A stretch of 64,000 nucleotides of DNA from Escherichia phage vB_EcoM_Skers. Each line of letters starts with the position of its first letter. Position 1 is the first letter of the stretch. The notes under the pieces are model-generated. The model was not told the origin of the DNA. It saw only the letters and a list, made by a program, of their open reading frames with translations, and made no database searches. The position numbers and the translations under genes were made by a program. The stretch lies in the sequence record MW748999.1, one strand, 5' to 3'. Of the stretch, positions 17,639-26,235 are shown piece by piece.

Positions 17639-18418
17639 ATGGCAGTAGTTGGTGTTCCTGGTTGGATTGGAAGTTCAGCCGCAAATGAAACAGGACAACG
17701 TTGGATGAGTCAAGCGGCTGGACAATTAAGATTGGGTGTTCCCTGCTGGATGAGTCAATTTGCAGGTCGCTCGCGAGAAATTATTCATACTGTAGGAGCA
17801 AACCACAATTTTAATGGCCAGTGGTTCCGTGATAGATGCTTTGAAGCTGGCGGTGCACCTATTGTATTCAATATTGTCGGTGATATCGTTTCTTATTCTA
17901 AAGATGTACCACTTTTCTTTATGTATGGAGATACACCTAATGAATATGTGGTTCTTAATATTCATGGCGGAGTTCATATGTGGGGACGAGGTGGTAACGG
18001 TACTGTAAACGGAAACCCGGGCACAAATGGCGGCGATGTAATCCAAAATGATATCGGCGGAAGACTTCGTATTTGGAACTATGGCGTTATTGCATCAGGC
18101 GGCGGCGGTGGTGGTGCAGTGTCATTACAGAATAGCTGGGCGCCAAATGCTACAGCAGGTGGCGGTGGTGGTAGACCATTTGGCATCGGCGGAGGCGGCG
18201 TTAATTGGCCGGGTGGTAATGCTAGTTATGACGCACCGGGCGGAGCCGGTTACACTTCCCAATTCGGCGGAGGCAATGGCGGTGATGCTGGAGGTTGGGG
18301 TGGAGATGGATGGGGTAATCACTTATCTAGATCCGGCGGTGGTGCTCCAGGTAGAGCGGTATTCGGTTCTTCACCATCATGGGGTGCTGTAGGGACAATT
18401 TATGGATCTTACATTTAA
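17639..18418 (+). CDS. 38: T2-type receptor-binding adhesin gp38 with glycine-rich motifs
   Basis: N-terminus [50 protein letters not shown] closely matches the T2 gp38 N-terminus; C-terminal half has poly-Gly blocks separated by variable segments. Confidence 0.85.
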   Translation: MAVVGVPGWIGSSAANETGQRWMSQAAGQLRLGVPCWMSQFAGRSREIIHTVGANHNFNGQWFRDRCFEAGGAPIVFNIVGDIVSYSKDVPLFFMYGDTPNEYVVLNIHGGVHMWGRGGNGTVNGNPGTNGGDVIQNDIGGRLRIWNYGVIASGGGGGGAVSLQNSWAPNATAGGGGGRPFGIGGGGVNWPGGNASYDAPGGAGYTSQFGGGNGGDAGGWGGDGWGNHLSRSGGGAPGRAVFGSSPSWGAVGTIYGSYI

Positions 18419-18478
18419 CCGTTAAAAAAGAATTAAGGAAAACTCCCACGGAAGGGAACTTACTAAGGAGAAACGGCT

Positions 18479-18718
18479 ATGGTCTATAATATCGTCATTG
18501 GTGCTTTGTCTAATTTCGGAATGAAACTATTATCAAAGTTAATTAGTGAAAAGATGCTCACTAAAATTTTCTTCTACTGCGCTCGTCGTCTTGCGGCTTA
18601 TACCAATACGCCAATTGATGATCGTTTTGTGGAAGAACTTTATAAGGAGTTTAATAAAGATCAGTCAGAAGATAGTAACGAGCAAGATAAACCTAGTGAT
18701 AGTCAAGTACCTAAATAA
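18479..18718 (+). CDS. hypothetical small protein between 38 and t (hydrophobic N-terminus, acidic C-terminus)
   Basis: ORF track; SD AAGGAG 9 nt upstream of ATG. Confidence 0.55.
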   Translation: MVYNIVIGALSNFGMKLLSKLISEKMLTKIFFYCARRLAAYTNTPIDDRFVEELYKEFNKDQSEDSNEQDKPSDSQVPK

Positions 18719-18751
18719 GAGTACACTGTCATAGTTATTTTAGGGCATTAT

Positions 18752-19408
18752 ATGCAAGTTTCTGAAAAAGAGAAAGACTTTGCTATCTCAAATGTCCTGC
18801 GCGCTATTTTCACAACTAAAAGCACGGAGTTGCTCGTACTTCGTGTTTTTGCTGCCGTCGTGTTGTCCATATTAGCATTTGTCGTTTATAGTAAAAACGA
18901 GTTATTTGCCTTGTATAAAGAGACTCGTTATGAGACTTATGCTCACGTTCTCCAGGTAGAGAAAGACCGCAATTTTGATAATGCAGCACAGGAGCAGTTA
19001 CAGATAGTTCATGTGTCGGCTGATGCCGATTTTTCTGCTGTTTTTAGTTTTCGTCCGAAAAACCTAAACTATTTTGTTGATTTGGTGGCATATGAAGGAA
19101 AGCTACCACATACAATCGATGAAAAGAATTTAGGCGGATTCCCTATCAATAAAACGAGTGAAGAATATCGTAGGCATCTTTTAGGTAAATCATATTTTAC
19201 CGATAAAGATTTCCAGTATATTCCATCGAGGGAGAAAAAATTAGAGAATATCGATATAGGGTTTATGTATTCTTGTCCTATATTCAATCTCGATAATGTC
19301 TATTCTGGTAGTATTGCCATTGCATGGAAGAATAAACCAGATATTGACATTGAGAATTTAGATACTCTTTGTAATCAATCTGCCAGAATCCTCGGAAGGA
19401 TTAGATAA
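18752..19408 (+). CDS. t: holin t
   Basis: 218 aa, same as T4 holin; matches by recall LQIVHVSADADFSAVFSFRPKNLNYFVDLVAYEGKLP, FMYSCPIFNLDNVYSG, CNQSARILGR. Confidence 0.9.
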   Translation: MQVSEKEKDFAISNVLRAIFTTKSTELLVLRVFAAVVLSILAFVVYSKNELFALYKETRYETYAHVLQVEKDRNFDNAAQEQLQIVHVSADADFSAVFSFRPKNLNYFVDLVAYEGKLPHTIDEKNLGGFPINKTSEEYRRHLLGKSYFTDKDFQYIPSREKKLENIDIGFMYSCPIFNLDNVYSGSIAIAWKNKPDIDIENLDTLCNQSARILGRIR

Positions 19409-19413
19409 AATTA

Positions 19414-19448
19414 AAGGGGAAGCCTTTCGGCTTCCCCTTCTTTTTTTA
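19414..19448. terminator. bidirectional rho-independent terminator between convergent t and the minus-strand block
   Basis: Perfect 11-bp stem AAGGGGAAGCC-TTTC-GGCTTCCCCTT, T-run on the plus side and A/T-rich run on the minus side. Confidence 0.85.
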
Positions 19449-19694
19449 TTGACGCATAGACGCGCCTGAATCGCATTTTGACGCTGTGTGATGAAAACAG
19501 GTAGCGTACCAGTCATCGGCTTGTTTGTCTTCGTCAGAAAACGCGTAATTTCGTTGTACGCCGTTTTCTACTTTGACCAGTGCAATAGCTGTTTCTGGAA
19601 GATCAATCAATCGGACAAAATCGCCATCTTCCCATTCTACACGAGCAATATCATAGCCCATCTCAAAGTATACAATCGCTTGTTCTAATTTCAT
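19446..19694 (-). CDS. hypothetical protein (82 aa)
   Basis: ORF track; ATGA overlap with the upstream gene; not recognisably AsiA. Confidence 0.5.
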   Translation of the reverse strand: MKLEQAIVYFEMGYDIARVEWEDGDFVRLIDLPETAIALVKVENGVQRNYAFSDEDKQADDWYATCFHHTASKCDSGASMRQ

Positions 19695-20002
19695 TCTGGA
19701 AACTTCCCGTAAATGTTCTCTGCCAACATACGCGCATCGCTAATGATATCTTTCATGCTATGACCGTAGTGTTCAGCCATTGAGTTGACACAATCAACAA
19801 AGAAATTATAACGGCGACGGTTTAAGATTTCTTCTCTGTTATAGTTTTCATATTTGACGGTCGAGTGTGCTTTCTCGATTGCCTTGATCGCTATATTGAC
19901 TTCATTGATAATGGTTTTAGCATTGTATGCGCCACGACGGATCAGGATATTTGTCAATTCTCTTGCAATATCTTGCAATTCTTCATATTCATGTTCAAAC
20001 AT
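19691..20002 (-). CDS. hypothetical protein
   Basis: ORF track 19691..20023 starts with TTG; internal ATG at 20002 has SD GAGAGG. Confidence 0.5.
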   Translation of the reverse strand: MFEHEYEELQDIARELTNILIRRGAYNAKTIINEVNIAIKAIEKAHSTVKYENYNREEILNRRRYNFFVDCVNSMAEHYGHSMKDIISDARMLAENIYGKFPE

Positions 20003-20026
20003 AATCAACCTCTCAAAATACAATCC

Positions 20027-20359
20027 TTACAGATGAAAACCTGTTACAATTACCGCATCGATCGTACCGCTAGGAATAAACGGTTCACCCTCTTTTATTT
20101 CAACTTTGAATTGATGCCATTTCGCTAATACTTCTTCCGGTACACCCAGCGATTCGGCGTCTGCTTTAGTTTCATCCATAATCCAACTAGGCTGCATGAG
20201 AGCATAGTTTACATAGTCCATTTCTGGGGTCATGTCATCAATGTTAATATATTTGCAGTTGACGCGTTTCAGAATTTCAAATTCTTTATTATCAACCTGT
20301 ACCATGTATAATTCAGTAGTTTCTGGAATCAGTTCCCACACAATCAGTACATTTTTCAT
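20027..20359 (-). CDS. hypothetical protein (110 aa)
   Basis: ORF track; SD GAGGTGA upstream of ATG. Confidence 0.55.
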   Translation of the reverse strand: MKNVLIVWELIPETTELYMVQVDNKEFEILKRVNCKYINIDDMTPEMDYVNYALMQPSWIMDETKADAESLGVPEEVLAKWHQFKVEIKEGEPFIPSGTIDAVIVTGFHL

Positions 20360-20367
20360 AGTTCACC

Positions 20368-20736
20368 TCACTTAACAAAGATTTTCTTTAATGCTTTCAG
20401 GATCGTTGCTTCCGGTGCTTCTTCCGGTGGAGGAAGCAATTCTACCACTTCCTCTTCCAACTCGATATAGTCTACCAGATATTCTACATAGAATGCAAGT
20501 GCTTCCATGAAATTAGATGCTACATCCGATTCACCACAAGCGCCTACATGCATTGTATAAACATCACTGCGATCAAGTTTGTGGATGCTTCCCAGATAGT
20601 TCCGGTTATACCAGACTTCCCACACTTTCAGCTTTCCGGTTTTGGTTGATGTTTTATAATCGGTTTCGTAATGATGCAATTGACGTTGCAAATCATTGAT
20701 AATAACACATTTTTCGTAATTGTTTTGAATTTCCAT
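20368..20736 (-). CDS. hypothetical protein (122 aa)
   Basis: ORF track; co-directional tight packing. Confidence 0.5.
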   Translation of the reverse strand: MEIQNNYEKCVIINDLQRQLHHYETDYKTSTKTGKLKVWEVWYNRNYLGSIHKLDRSDVYTMHVGACGESDVASNFMEALAFYVEYLVDYIELEEEVVELLPPPEEAPEATILKALKKIFVK

Positions 20737-20746
20737 GATGTAATCC

Positions 20747-20938
20747 TCACTTATCGTTAAGAAGTTCTAAAACTTTCTGTCGTACTTTGTCAATATTAGT
20801 TGATTCAAAAACTGTACGGTATCCCCAGCTTTGACCGTATGAGCGGTTGCAATCTCCATATCCCCATTGTTCAACCTGATAGTATTCAAGGAATGGATGC
20901 TGCCGAACTATGATACCATCGCGATTAAAAATTACCAT
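20747..20938 (-). CDS. hypothetical small protein (63 aa)
   Basis: ORF track; tight packing. Confidence 0.45.
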   Translation of the reverse strand: MVIFNRDGIIVRQHPFLEYYQVEQWGYGDCNRSYGQSWGYRTVFESTNIDKVRQKVLELLNDK

Positions 20939-20961
20939 AATATAATCCTCACGTCAACAAC

Positions 20962-21249
20962 TTATTTTCGGTTGTGGTCACGATATGTTTTAAAATATCC
21001 CTCGTACCACGGTAAAACATCTGGATTTTTACCACTATACAGACCTTTAACCATCATGTCAATAAGACCGTCCGGTGTTTGATAATTACCAGCTTTTATA
21101 AGCTCTCTGATTAAAATTTCCCTGTATATGTCTTTCGGATCTTCGTAATCAACTTGTATCGTTGTTGTGGTCTCATTCAATTTGGTTTCTGGAGTATCTT
21201 GCATCGCCTTCCACCAATCTTTTGTGATCTTCATGTTATTGAATTGCAT
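20962..21249 (-). CDS. hypothetical protein (95 aa)
   Basis: ORF track; tight packing. Confidence 0.5.
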   Translation of the reverse strand: MQFNNMKITKDWWKAMQDTPETKLNETTTTIQVDYEDPKDIYREILIRELIKAGNYQTPDGLIDMMVKGLYSGKNPDVLPWYEGYFKTYRDHNRK

Positions 21250-21260
21250 AATTTAACCTC

Positions 21261-22019
21261 TTACTTGCAAACGTATTGATCTACATCAATTGCGCCACCG
21301 AATGTAGGATGACGTTTTTCAAATCGAATAGTTCCGTCGTTTGGTTCGAAAACGGAGTATTCATATAGATCTTTCTTACCAACATTCTTATAAAACCCGC
21401 CTTTAGTCATAACGGTTTCTTGTACGTTTGCTTTGTGTACGTTGTATTCATCAATGTATACAAAATCAACCATCTTCCCATTTTTAATGGTTACTTTAAG
21501 ATCCCCTGGCTGGTTTCCATATTTTGCATACAGTGGAGCCTCTTTAATTTTGGTGGAAATTCCATCTTTCATACTCCACTCATAACGAACGGTGCATTGA
21601 TAGGTAAAAGTTTCGTCCTTCGGTTCTTCCACCACTTTTTCTTCCTGTTTCGGTTGTTCTTCGTCAACCTTTGCAGAAGTCTCTGAATCGCTTTCTGACG
21701 CGGTTTCTTCTTTAGGTAATACATTCATCAAGTTTTGGATTTGAGCGTTGTATACAGCCTCCAGTGGCTGAATCTGCCCGATATTGATCATTGTATCACG
21801 AACAGTTTTATTCCAGTTACGTTGTTCTTGTTTCAGAGATGGATCAATCTTAACAGCCTTAACATATACTTCATGAAGTTTCGAATCCAGTGCGGAAATT
21901 GACTCATTAGCACAAATAAACTTCTCTGATTTGGTAGTGGCTTTAGCGCAATCGAAGGACGCAGCATTAGCACCGAATGCAGTAGCAGAAAGAACGATAG
22001 CAGCGATAATGTTTTTCAT
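21261..22019 (-). CDS. exported protein with DUF1311 (LprI/lysozyme-inhibitor-like) N-terminal domain
   Basis: Signal peptide MKNIIAAIVLSATAFGANA; then SFDCAKATTKSEKFICANESISALDSKLHEVY...EQRNWNKTVRD matching the DUF1311 pattern. Confidence 0.6.
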   Translation of the reverse strand: MKNIIAAIVLSATAFGANAASFDCAKATTKSEKFICANESISALDSKLHEVYVKAVKIDPSLKQEQRNWNKTVRDTMINIGQIQPLEAVYNAQIQNLMNVLPKEETASESDSETSAKVDEEQPKQEEKVVEEPKDETFTYQCTVRYEWSMKDGISTKIKEAPLYAKYGNQPGDLKVTIKNGKMVDFVYIDEYNVHKANVQETVMTKGGFYKNVGKKDLYEYSVFEPNDGTIRFEKRHPTFGGAIDVDQYVCK

Positions 22020-22053
22020 AATATATTCCTCAGTGTTTTGTCTTGATGGGAGT

Positions 22054-22082
22054 ATATTACTACTCCCTTAATCCGGTGTCAA
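22054..22082 (-). promoter_or_regulatory. PeSL-like early promoter
   Basis: Minus strand TTGACA-N17-TAATAT with palindrome GGGAGTA-GTAATA-TACTCCC spanning the -10. Confidence 0.55.
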
Positions 22083-22089
22083 CTACTTT

Positions 22090-22245
22090 TTAAATTTCTT
22101 CTACAGTAAAGTCTTCAATGTTGTTGTGCTCGGAGAACGTTGCCAAACCAGCATCCCATGCATCATCCTCAGAGAAGAATACACCGTAACGTTCATATCC
22201 CTTAGCGCCTTCAAATTTAACCATTAATTTGTGAGTATGTTTCAT
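22090..22245 (-). CDS. hypothetical small protein (51 aa)
   Basis: Track ORF 22090..22332 runs through the upstream promoter; start set at ATG 22245 (MKHTHKLM) with SD AAGGAG. Confidence 0.45.
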   Translation of the reverse strand: MKHTHKLMVKFEGAKGYERYGVFFSEDDAWDAGLATFSEHNNIEDFTVEEI

Positions 22246-22276
22246 TTTGATTCTCCTTCGTTGTCTTGATGAGTTT

Positions 22277-22305
22277 AGTATAGGGGATCGCCGATCCCCT
22301 GTCAA
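22277..22305 (-). promoter_or_regulatory. PeSL-like early promoter
   Basis: Minus strand TTGACA-GGGGATCGGCGATCCCC-TATACT; the 17-nt spacer is a perfect palindrome. Confidence 0.65.
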
Positions 22306-22319
22306 CCAGTTTTTAGAAA

Positions 22320-22580
22320 TTATTTTCGCCATTCACCGGAAACAATGAAGTTTGTAAAGTGATTGTGGTCCGTGATAATGTCATTAAGTACCATATGCGG
22401 ATATGCTTTAGTGTAATCACGTTTACGATCAGTCATCCAACCAACGAAAGTCGGTGCAAAGTACGGCACACCGTCAGATGATGCCATATTAAACCCTTTA
22501 TCAGCCATAAATGCAGCCGCCCTAAGATTTTTAATTGAAGTAGTGCGACTAATTTCAAAAACTTTATCAGTAAAATTCAT
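22320..22580 (-). CDS. hypothetical protein (86 aa)
   Basis: ORF track; ATGA-type overlap with the upstream ORF. Confidence 0.5.
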   Translation of the reverse strand: MNFTDKVFEISRTTSIKNLRAAAFMADKGFNMASSDGVPYFAPTFVGWMTDRKRDYTKAYPHMVLNDIITDHNHFTNFIVSGEWRK

Positions 22581-22792
22581 TTTAAGCCCCCCGCTCGTGC
22601 ATTAATACGCATTTTCTGAATAGCCATGATCTGGCTTACTGCTTCTTCTTTACGTTCTTGCGTGATAACGTGACCAGATTCCGCAAACTCTCCAGCAACT
22701 TCTTCTACGATCTCGCGAACTTGAGAACGTCCAAAGATGCGGTTTCCTTCGTAGCTCATAAACTCTGTTACTACTTGCTCGATAGATTTCAT
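22577..22792 (-). CDS. hypothetical protein (71 aa)
   Basis: ORF track; SD AAGGAG upstream. Confidence 0.5.
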   Translation of the reverse strand: MKSIEQVVTEFMSYEGNRIFGRSQVREIVEEVAGEFAESGHVITQERKEEAVSQIMAIQKMRINARAGGLK

Positions 22793-22821
22793 GTGATTCT
22801 CCTTTTGTTTGGTATGGGAGT

Positions 22822-22850
22822 ATGTTACTACTCCCTTATCTTTACGTCAA
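22822..22850 (-). promoter_or_regulatory. PeSL-like early promoter
   Basis: Minus strand TTGACG-N17-TAACAT overlapping palindrome GGGAGTA-TGTTAC-TACTCCC. Confidence 0.5.
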
Positions 22851-22857
22851 CTAGTTT

Positions 22858-23100
22858 TTAGAAATTTTTCGCTTCTTCTTCGGTCATCATCACCGCGCAT
22901 TCGTGCATAACTTTGAAAACCGGGTCAATCATATCGAATGCTTCGCGAGACAATTTACGAGAAGCGATTTTGATTGCTTCAACGTCTTCTACTACAGGAA
23001 CAAAAACAGTTTTCAGTTCATCGAGAACGGCAGCTTCTTTTTCATTCAGGAAGATTCCAGCGTCGTACAATGCAACTTCGATAACATTAACTTTAACCAT
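22858..23100 (-). CDS. hypothetical protein (80 aa)
   Basis: Track ORF 22858..23163 starts with TTG inside the promoter; start set at ATG 23100 (MVKVNVIEV) with SD GGAGG. Confidence 0.5.
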   Translation of the reverse strand: MVKVNVIEVALYDAGIFLNEKEAAVLDELKTVFVPVVEDVEAIKIASRKLSREAFDMIDPVFKVMHECAVMMTEEEAKNF

Positions 23101-23134
23101 TTTTATTTCCTCCAGTTCGTTTCGGTATGGGAGT

Positions 23135-23163
23135 ATAATACTACCGATGACCTTTGGCGTCAA
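23135..23163 (-). promoter_or_regulatory. early promoter TTGACG-N17-TATTAT
   Basis: Minus strand TTGACGCCAAAGGTCATCGGTAGTATTAT. Confidence 0.5.
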
Positions 23164-23365
23164 CTAGTTTTTTGTTATTTTCGTGAAATTTTTTCGTCGC
23201 CTCATGTGCTTTTCGCTGGGCTTCTAGTTGTGCTTTCTGGCGTGCTGCCTCTTGTGAAGCCATAACGGAAGCATTTGCAGCAGTTACAGCCGCGACCATC
23301 GCTGCGGTATTAGCATTTACCGTACATGCACTAGCCAGCAAAGCAATCGCAATCATTTTCTTCAT
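23141..23365 (-). CDS. small exported protein (signal peptide or possible lipoprotein)
   Basis: N-terminus MKKMIAIALLASACTVNANT (hydrophobic core plus LASAC); Ala/Gln/Lys-rich mature part. Confidence 0.5.
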   Translation of the reverse strand: MKKMIAIALLASACTVNANTAAMVAAVTAANASVMASQEAARQKAQLEAQRKAHEATKKFHENNKKLVDAKGHR

Positions 23366-23601
23366 AGTTTCCCCTTTAGGTTATCTTCGACCTTCACCCA
23401 TTCCGCGTATTCTTGCGCGGCTACTTTCGGATTTAGTCCGTCTTCGTACATTGCTTCAAGTAATTCTTCGTCGGTGGGCTTATACCCTAGATAAGCCTCC
23501 ACCTGATTTTTCCAAATTTTATACCAGTTCATATTATCACCAATCAAGAGCGCGTGTCTCTGCGTCTTCCCATGCTTGATCCATAACAGCCTTGAAAACA
23601 T
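23362..23601 (-). CDS. hypothetical protein (79 aa)
   Basis: ORF track; ATGA overlap with the downstream gene. Confidence 0.45.
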   Translation of the reverse strand: MFSRLLWIKHGKTQRHALLIGDNMNWYKIWKNQVEAYLGYKPTDEELLEAMYEDGLNPKVAAQEYAEWVKVEDNLKGKL

Positions 23602-23809
23602 ATTCTAGAGTATCATCTTTAGAGAATCCGAAGACTTTAGACGGAATATCTTCAATTGCTACTCCCGCAACTTCTGCATTACGCGCTTGGCAATAATGCA
23701 ACTCTAAGTTATCGAGATAGCGACCGCCTAATTTCTCCATATCATCCCAACATTTCCAGTAACCTACTTTATCTGCAATTGCCAACACTTTGCTGTTTTC
23801 GTTGTTCAT
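23537..23809 (-). CDS. hypothetical protein (90 aa)
   Basis: Track ORF 23537..23902 runs through promoter and terminator; start set at ATG 23809 (MNNENSK) with SD AAGGAG. Confidence 0.5.
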   Translation of the reverse strand: MNNENSKVLAIADKVGYWKCWDDMEKLGGRYLDNLELHYCQARNAEVAGVAIEDIPSKVFGFSKDDTLEYVFKAVMDQAWEDAETRALDW

Positions 23810-23840
23810 CTTTGATTCTCCTTTTGTTTGGTATGGGTGT

Positions 23841-23869
23841 ATTATGCAATGCTGGATTATGGAAGTCAA
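23841..23869 (-). promoter_or_regulatory. early promoter TTGACT-N17-CATAAT
   Basis: Minus strand TTGACTTCCATAATCCAGCATTGCATAAT. Confidence 0.5.
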
Positions 23870-23881
23870 ACAACTTTTCAA

Positions 23882-23911
23882 ATAAAAAAAAGCCGACCAC
23901 AAGGATCGGCT
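23882..23911 (-). terminator. rho-independent terminator
   Basis: Minus-strand RNA AAGCCGAUCCUUGUGGUCGGCU followed by UUUUUUUUAUU. Confidence 0.75.
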
Positions 23912-23921
23912 TAATAGTCAG

Positions 23922-24293
23922 TTACTTACTAAATTTCTTTTTGGCTTCGTCTACTGCATGAGATGCTAGTACCGCTGCCGCATGTGCACTTTTATCTGTG
24001 TTGCAGAGAACACCCAGATAAACATCACGCCAAAGTTTAATCATCTCGTAGATCATATCAATATCATTTTCTTGTTTGTTGGCGATGCTATTCATCGTTA
24101 TCTGGTAAGGCAACGGCTTGATCTGTACTGGTTCCGCCATCGGGCTAATCGGTTTCGGATCAGTCATAATAGGTGCTGTTGTTGGTGGTGTTTTCCATAC
24201 ACCATTATTCCACGGTTTAATCGTTGTATCGTAAAGTTTATAAGGATTTTTGTCTGGATTAACCATCCAGGCATGATGAAGTACCCAAACCAT
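23922..24293 (-). CDS. hypothetical protein (123 aa, Pro-rich middle)
   Basis: ORF track. Confidence 0.5.
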   Translation of the reverse strand: MVWVLHHAWMVNPDKNPYKLYDTTIKPWNNGVWKTPPTTAPIMTDPKPISPMAEPVQIKPLPYQITMNSIANKQENDIDMIYEMIKLWRDVYLGVLCNTDKSAHAAAVLASHAVDEAKKKFSK

Positions 24294-24310
24294 TTGAAGT
24301 AATGCGTCGT

Positions 24311-24520
24311 TCAGTCATACTTTCCCTCCAAAAATTCTTTCATCAAATAGTCTATCGTTGCTCTGTGTTCTGGTGTGTTTGTTATCTCTGCTAACTTGTT
24401 CAGAGATTCAATAGTGATCCGGTTGGCTTCTTCCATAGTCTCAACGACCATCGGTACAATCTTTTTATTGTTGTACACGAAAGCCACATAACCGCCTTCT
24501 GGATATTCTTTCATAATCAA
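24311..24520 (-). CDS. hypothetical protein (69 aa)
   Basis: ORF track; ATGA overlap with the gene 52 stop. Confidence 0.5.
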   Translation of the reverse strand: MIMKEYPEGGYVAFVYNNKKIVPMVVETMEEANRITIESLNKLAEITNTPEHRATIDYLMKEFLEGKYD

Positions 24521-25878
24521 CCCTTCTTAAGTTCTTTAAGATCTTTCTTATATTCCTTCATTGCGGTCGTCTTTGTCCAATACTCATATTCACTATGATG
24601 TTTATCGGCATCTTTGACCAGTCGATCATACTCTTCTTGAGTAACGCTATACAATGGCATAGAAACGAGCTTATCGGCATATGGGCGAAGTTTTTCATGT
24701 TCATTGATGGATTGCATTACCTCGGCCTTTTTCTTGCCCTGTAGCTCGATTTCGCCCTTAATTACGCGGTCGATAAATTCGGCTTTAGCCATTGCATAAT
24801 TGTATGCTTCCAGCGTTTCCGCTTGCATCAATTCAATGCGTTTATCGACATAGCCTAATCGGATTTCGACGAATCGACGGATCAGATCGCTCGCTTTCTC
24901 GAATACTTCTACTAAACCACGTTCGTTAACTACTACGATATTCTGGGCTACTAACTGCGTTAGTTTAAAATCCTTCATGATTTGCTCATGTCGAGCGGAT
25001 TCATCTTCGCTTTTGAAATAATCGCGTTTCAGTGTTACCTCAAATCTGAATCCGTCCTTAGAGCAACGGTCATTATACGATACAATCAGATCTTTTTCTT
25101 CCAGTGCATCCAGTACCGCTACATATTCTTCACGGTCGAACTTATAAGGAACTTCTGATATTGTCAGTTTAGTCTTGCCGTTTAGTTCATATGTACCCTC
25201 AAGAATCACACCATCGCGATCATCTCGCGGGATAACTTTACCCGTGAATTTCGGGAATTGAACACTAGGTTCTTTATCCAGTTTTCCGGCAAGTGCTAGC
25301 TCTGTGCATTCAATAAGGCTTTCCAATGAATGCGGTAAAATGTCAGTTTTATACCCTGTAGCAATACCACTAATACCATTAGCCAATACCATTGGCACAA
25401 CTGGCAAGTAGAACGCTGGCGGGATGTGTTCCAGATCTTCGTGCTTAGGTGCGCAATTCATATCTTTATAGATTTTAAAGAAGTTTTCATGCACACGAGC
25501 AAAGATATAACGTGCCGCACCTGCTTTCTGGACTAAACGCGATCCGAAGTTACCTTGACCGTCAAGCAGTGGAGTATTATTGCTCCATGTATTCGCCATA
25601 AGTGATCCGGCTTCTACGGCATTAGTTTCCCCGTGGTGATAACCCAACTCAGCAACACCAGATCCAATATCTGCCATCTTACGGAATTTCTTACGGTCGC
25701 CTTTACTCTTTTGAAGTGCGCACTCCATAACAAAGCGTTGTACTGGTTTAAGCCCATCTACCAATTGAGGAATCCCGCGTTCCTCGGCAGAATAGATCGC
25801 ATATTCCTTAGCTTCATTATGTACAATGCTTTCAAGGCTGCGGTAAGTAACTGATTTATTCATCTTCACCTCATACAC
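24517..25878 (-). CDS. 52: DNA topoisomerase II medium subunit gp52 (GyrA-like)
   Basis: GyrA-type motifs LVDGLKPVQRF, DGQGNFGS, AARYIFARV; strong match to T4 gp52 by recall. Confidence 0.9.
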   Translation of the reverse strand: MYEVKMNKSVTYRSLESIVHNEAKEYAIYSAEERGIPQLVDGLKPVQRFVMECALQKSKGDRKKFRKMADIGSGVAELGYHHGETNAVEAGSLMANTWSNNTPLLDGQGNFGSRLVQKAGAARYIFARVHENFFKIYKDMNCAPKHEDLEHIPPAFYLPVVPMVLANGISGIATGYKTDILPHSLESLIECTELALAGKLDKEPSVQFPKFTGKVIPRDDRDGVILEGTYELNGKTKLTISEVPYKFDREEYVAVLDALEEKDLIVSYNDRCSKDGFRFEVTLKRDYFKSEDESARHEQIMKDFKLTQLVAQNIVVVNERGLVEVFEKASDLIRRFVEIRLGYVDKRIELMQAETLEAYNYAMAKAEFIDRVIKGEIELQGKKKAEVMQSINEHEKLRPYADKLVSMPLYSVTQEEYDRLVKDADKHHSEYEYWTKTTAMKEYKKDLKELKKG

Positions 25879-26233
25879 GCTTACAAATCACATTCTTTAC
25901 TTTATCAGATTTATCCGCCCAATCCAATAGCCATTTTAACGGAAGGATTGAAACAATAAACGGGGCAGCAATCAAAGCAAACATGATACACCGGATAATC
26001 AGAAAAACGCAAGTAACAAAACTAGCGATAGTGATCCCGACAAAACAAAATACCATAGAAAACAGAGTAATGATATAGAAAGGCCAGAATACCCACTCCC
26101 GCATCTTAACGCCTTTGTATTCCCTGAATTGCTTAAAATCTACAAACAATTCTCGGATAGACGCGTACAGGACCGAAAAATCATCTTTCATTGCTCTGAA
26201 TGAGCAATCTTCTATTTTAGAATGATCTAGCAT
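25871..26233 (-). CDS. hypothetical integral membrane protein
   Basis: Two long hydrophobic segments (FYIITLFSMVFCFVGITIASFV and LIIRCIMFALIAAPFIVSILPL). Confidence 0.5.
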   Translation of the reverse strand: MLDHSKIEDCSFRAMKDDFSVLYASIRELFVDFKQFREYKGVKMREWVFWPFYIITLFSMVFCFVGITIASFVTCVFLIIRCIMFALIAAPFIVSILPLKWLLDWADKSDKVKNVICKRV

Positions 26234-26235
26234 TA

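Noticed and set aside
17626-17640. TATAAATT immediately before the gene 38 ATG as a late promoter
   Set aside because: It sits between the SD (GGAG) and the start codon, so it would leave no leader; treated as an AT-rich spacer.
18060-18360. Highly repetitive GGC/GGT-rich stretch that could be mistaken for a simple repeat or array
   Set aside because: It is in frame within gp38 and encodes the polyglycine motifs of the T2-type adhesin.
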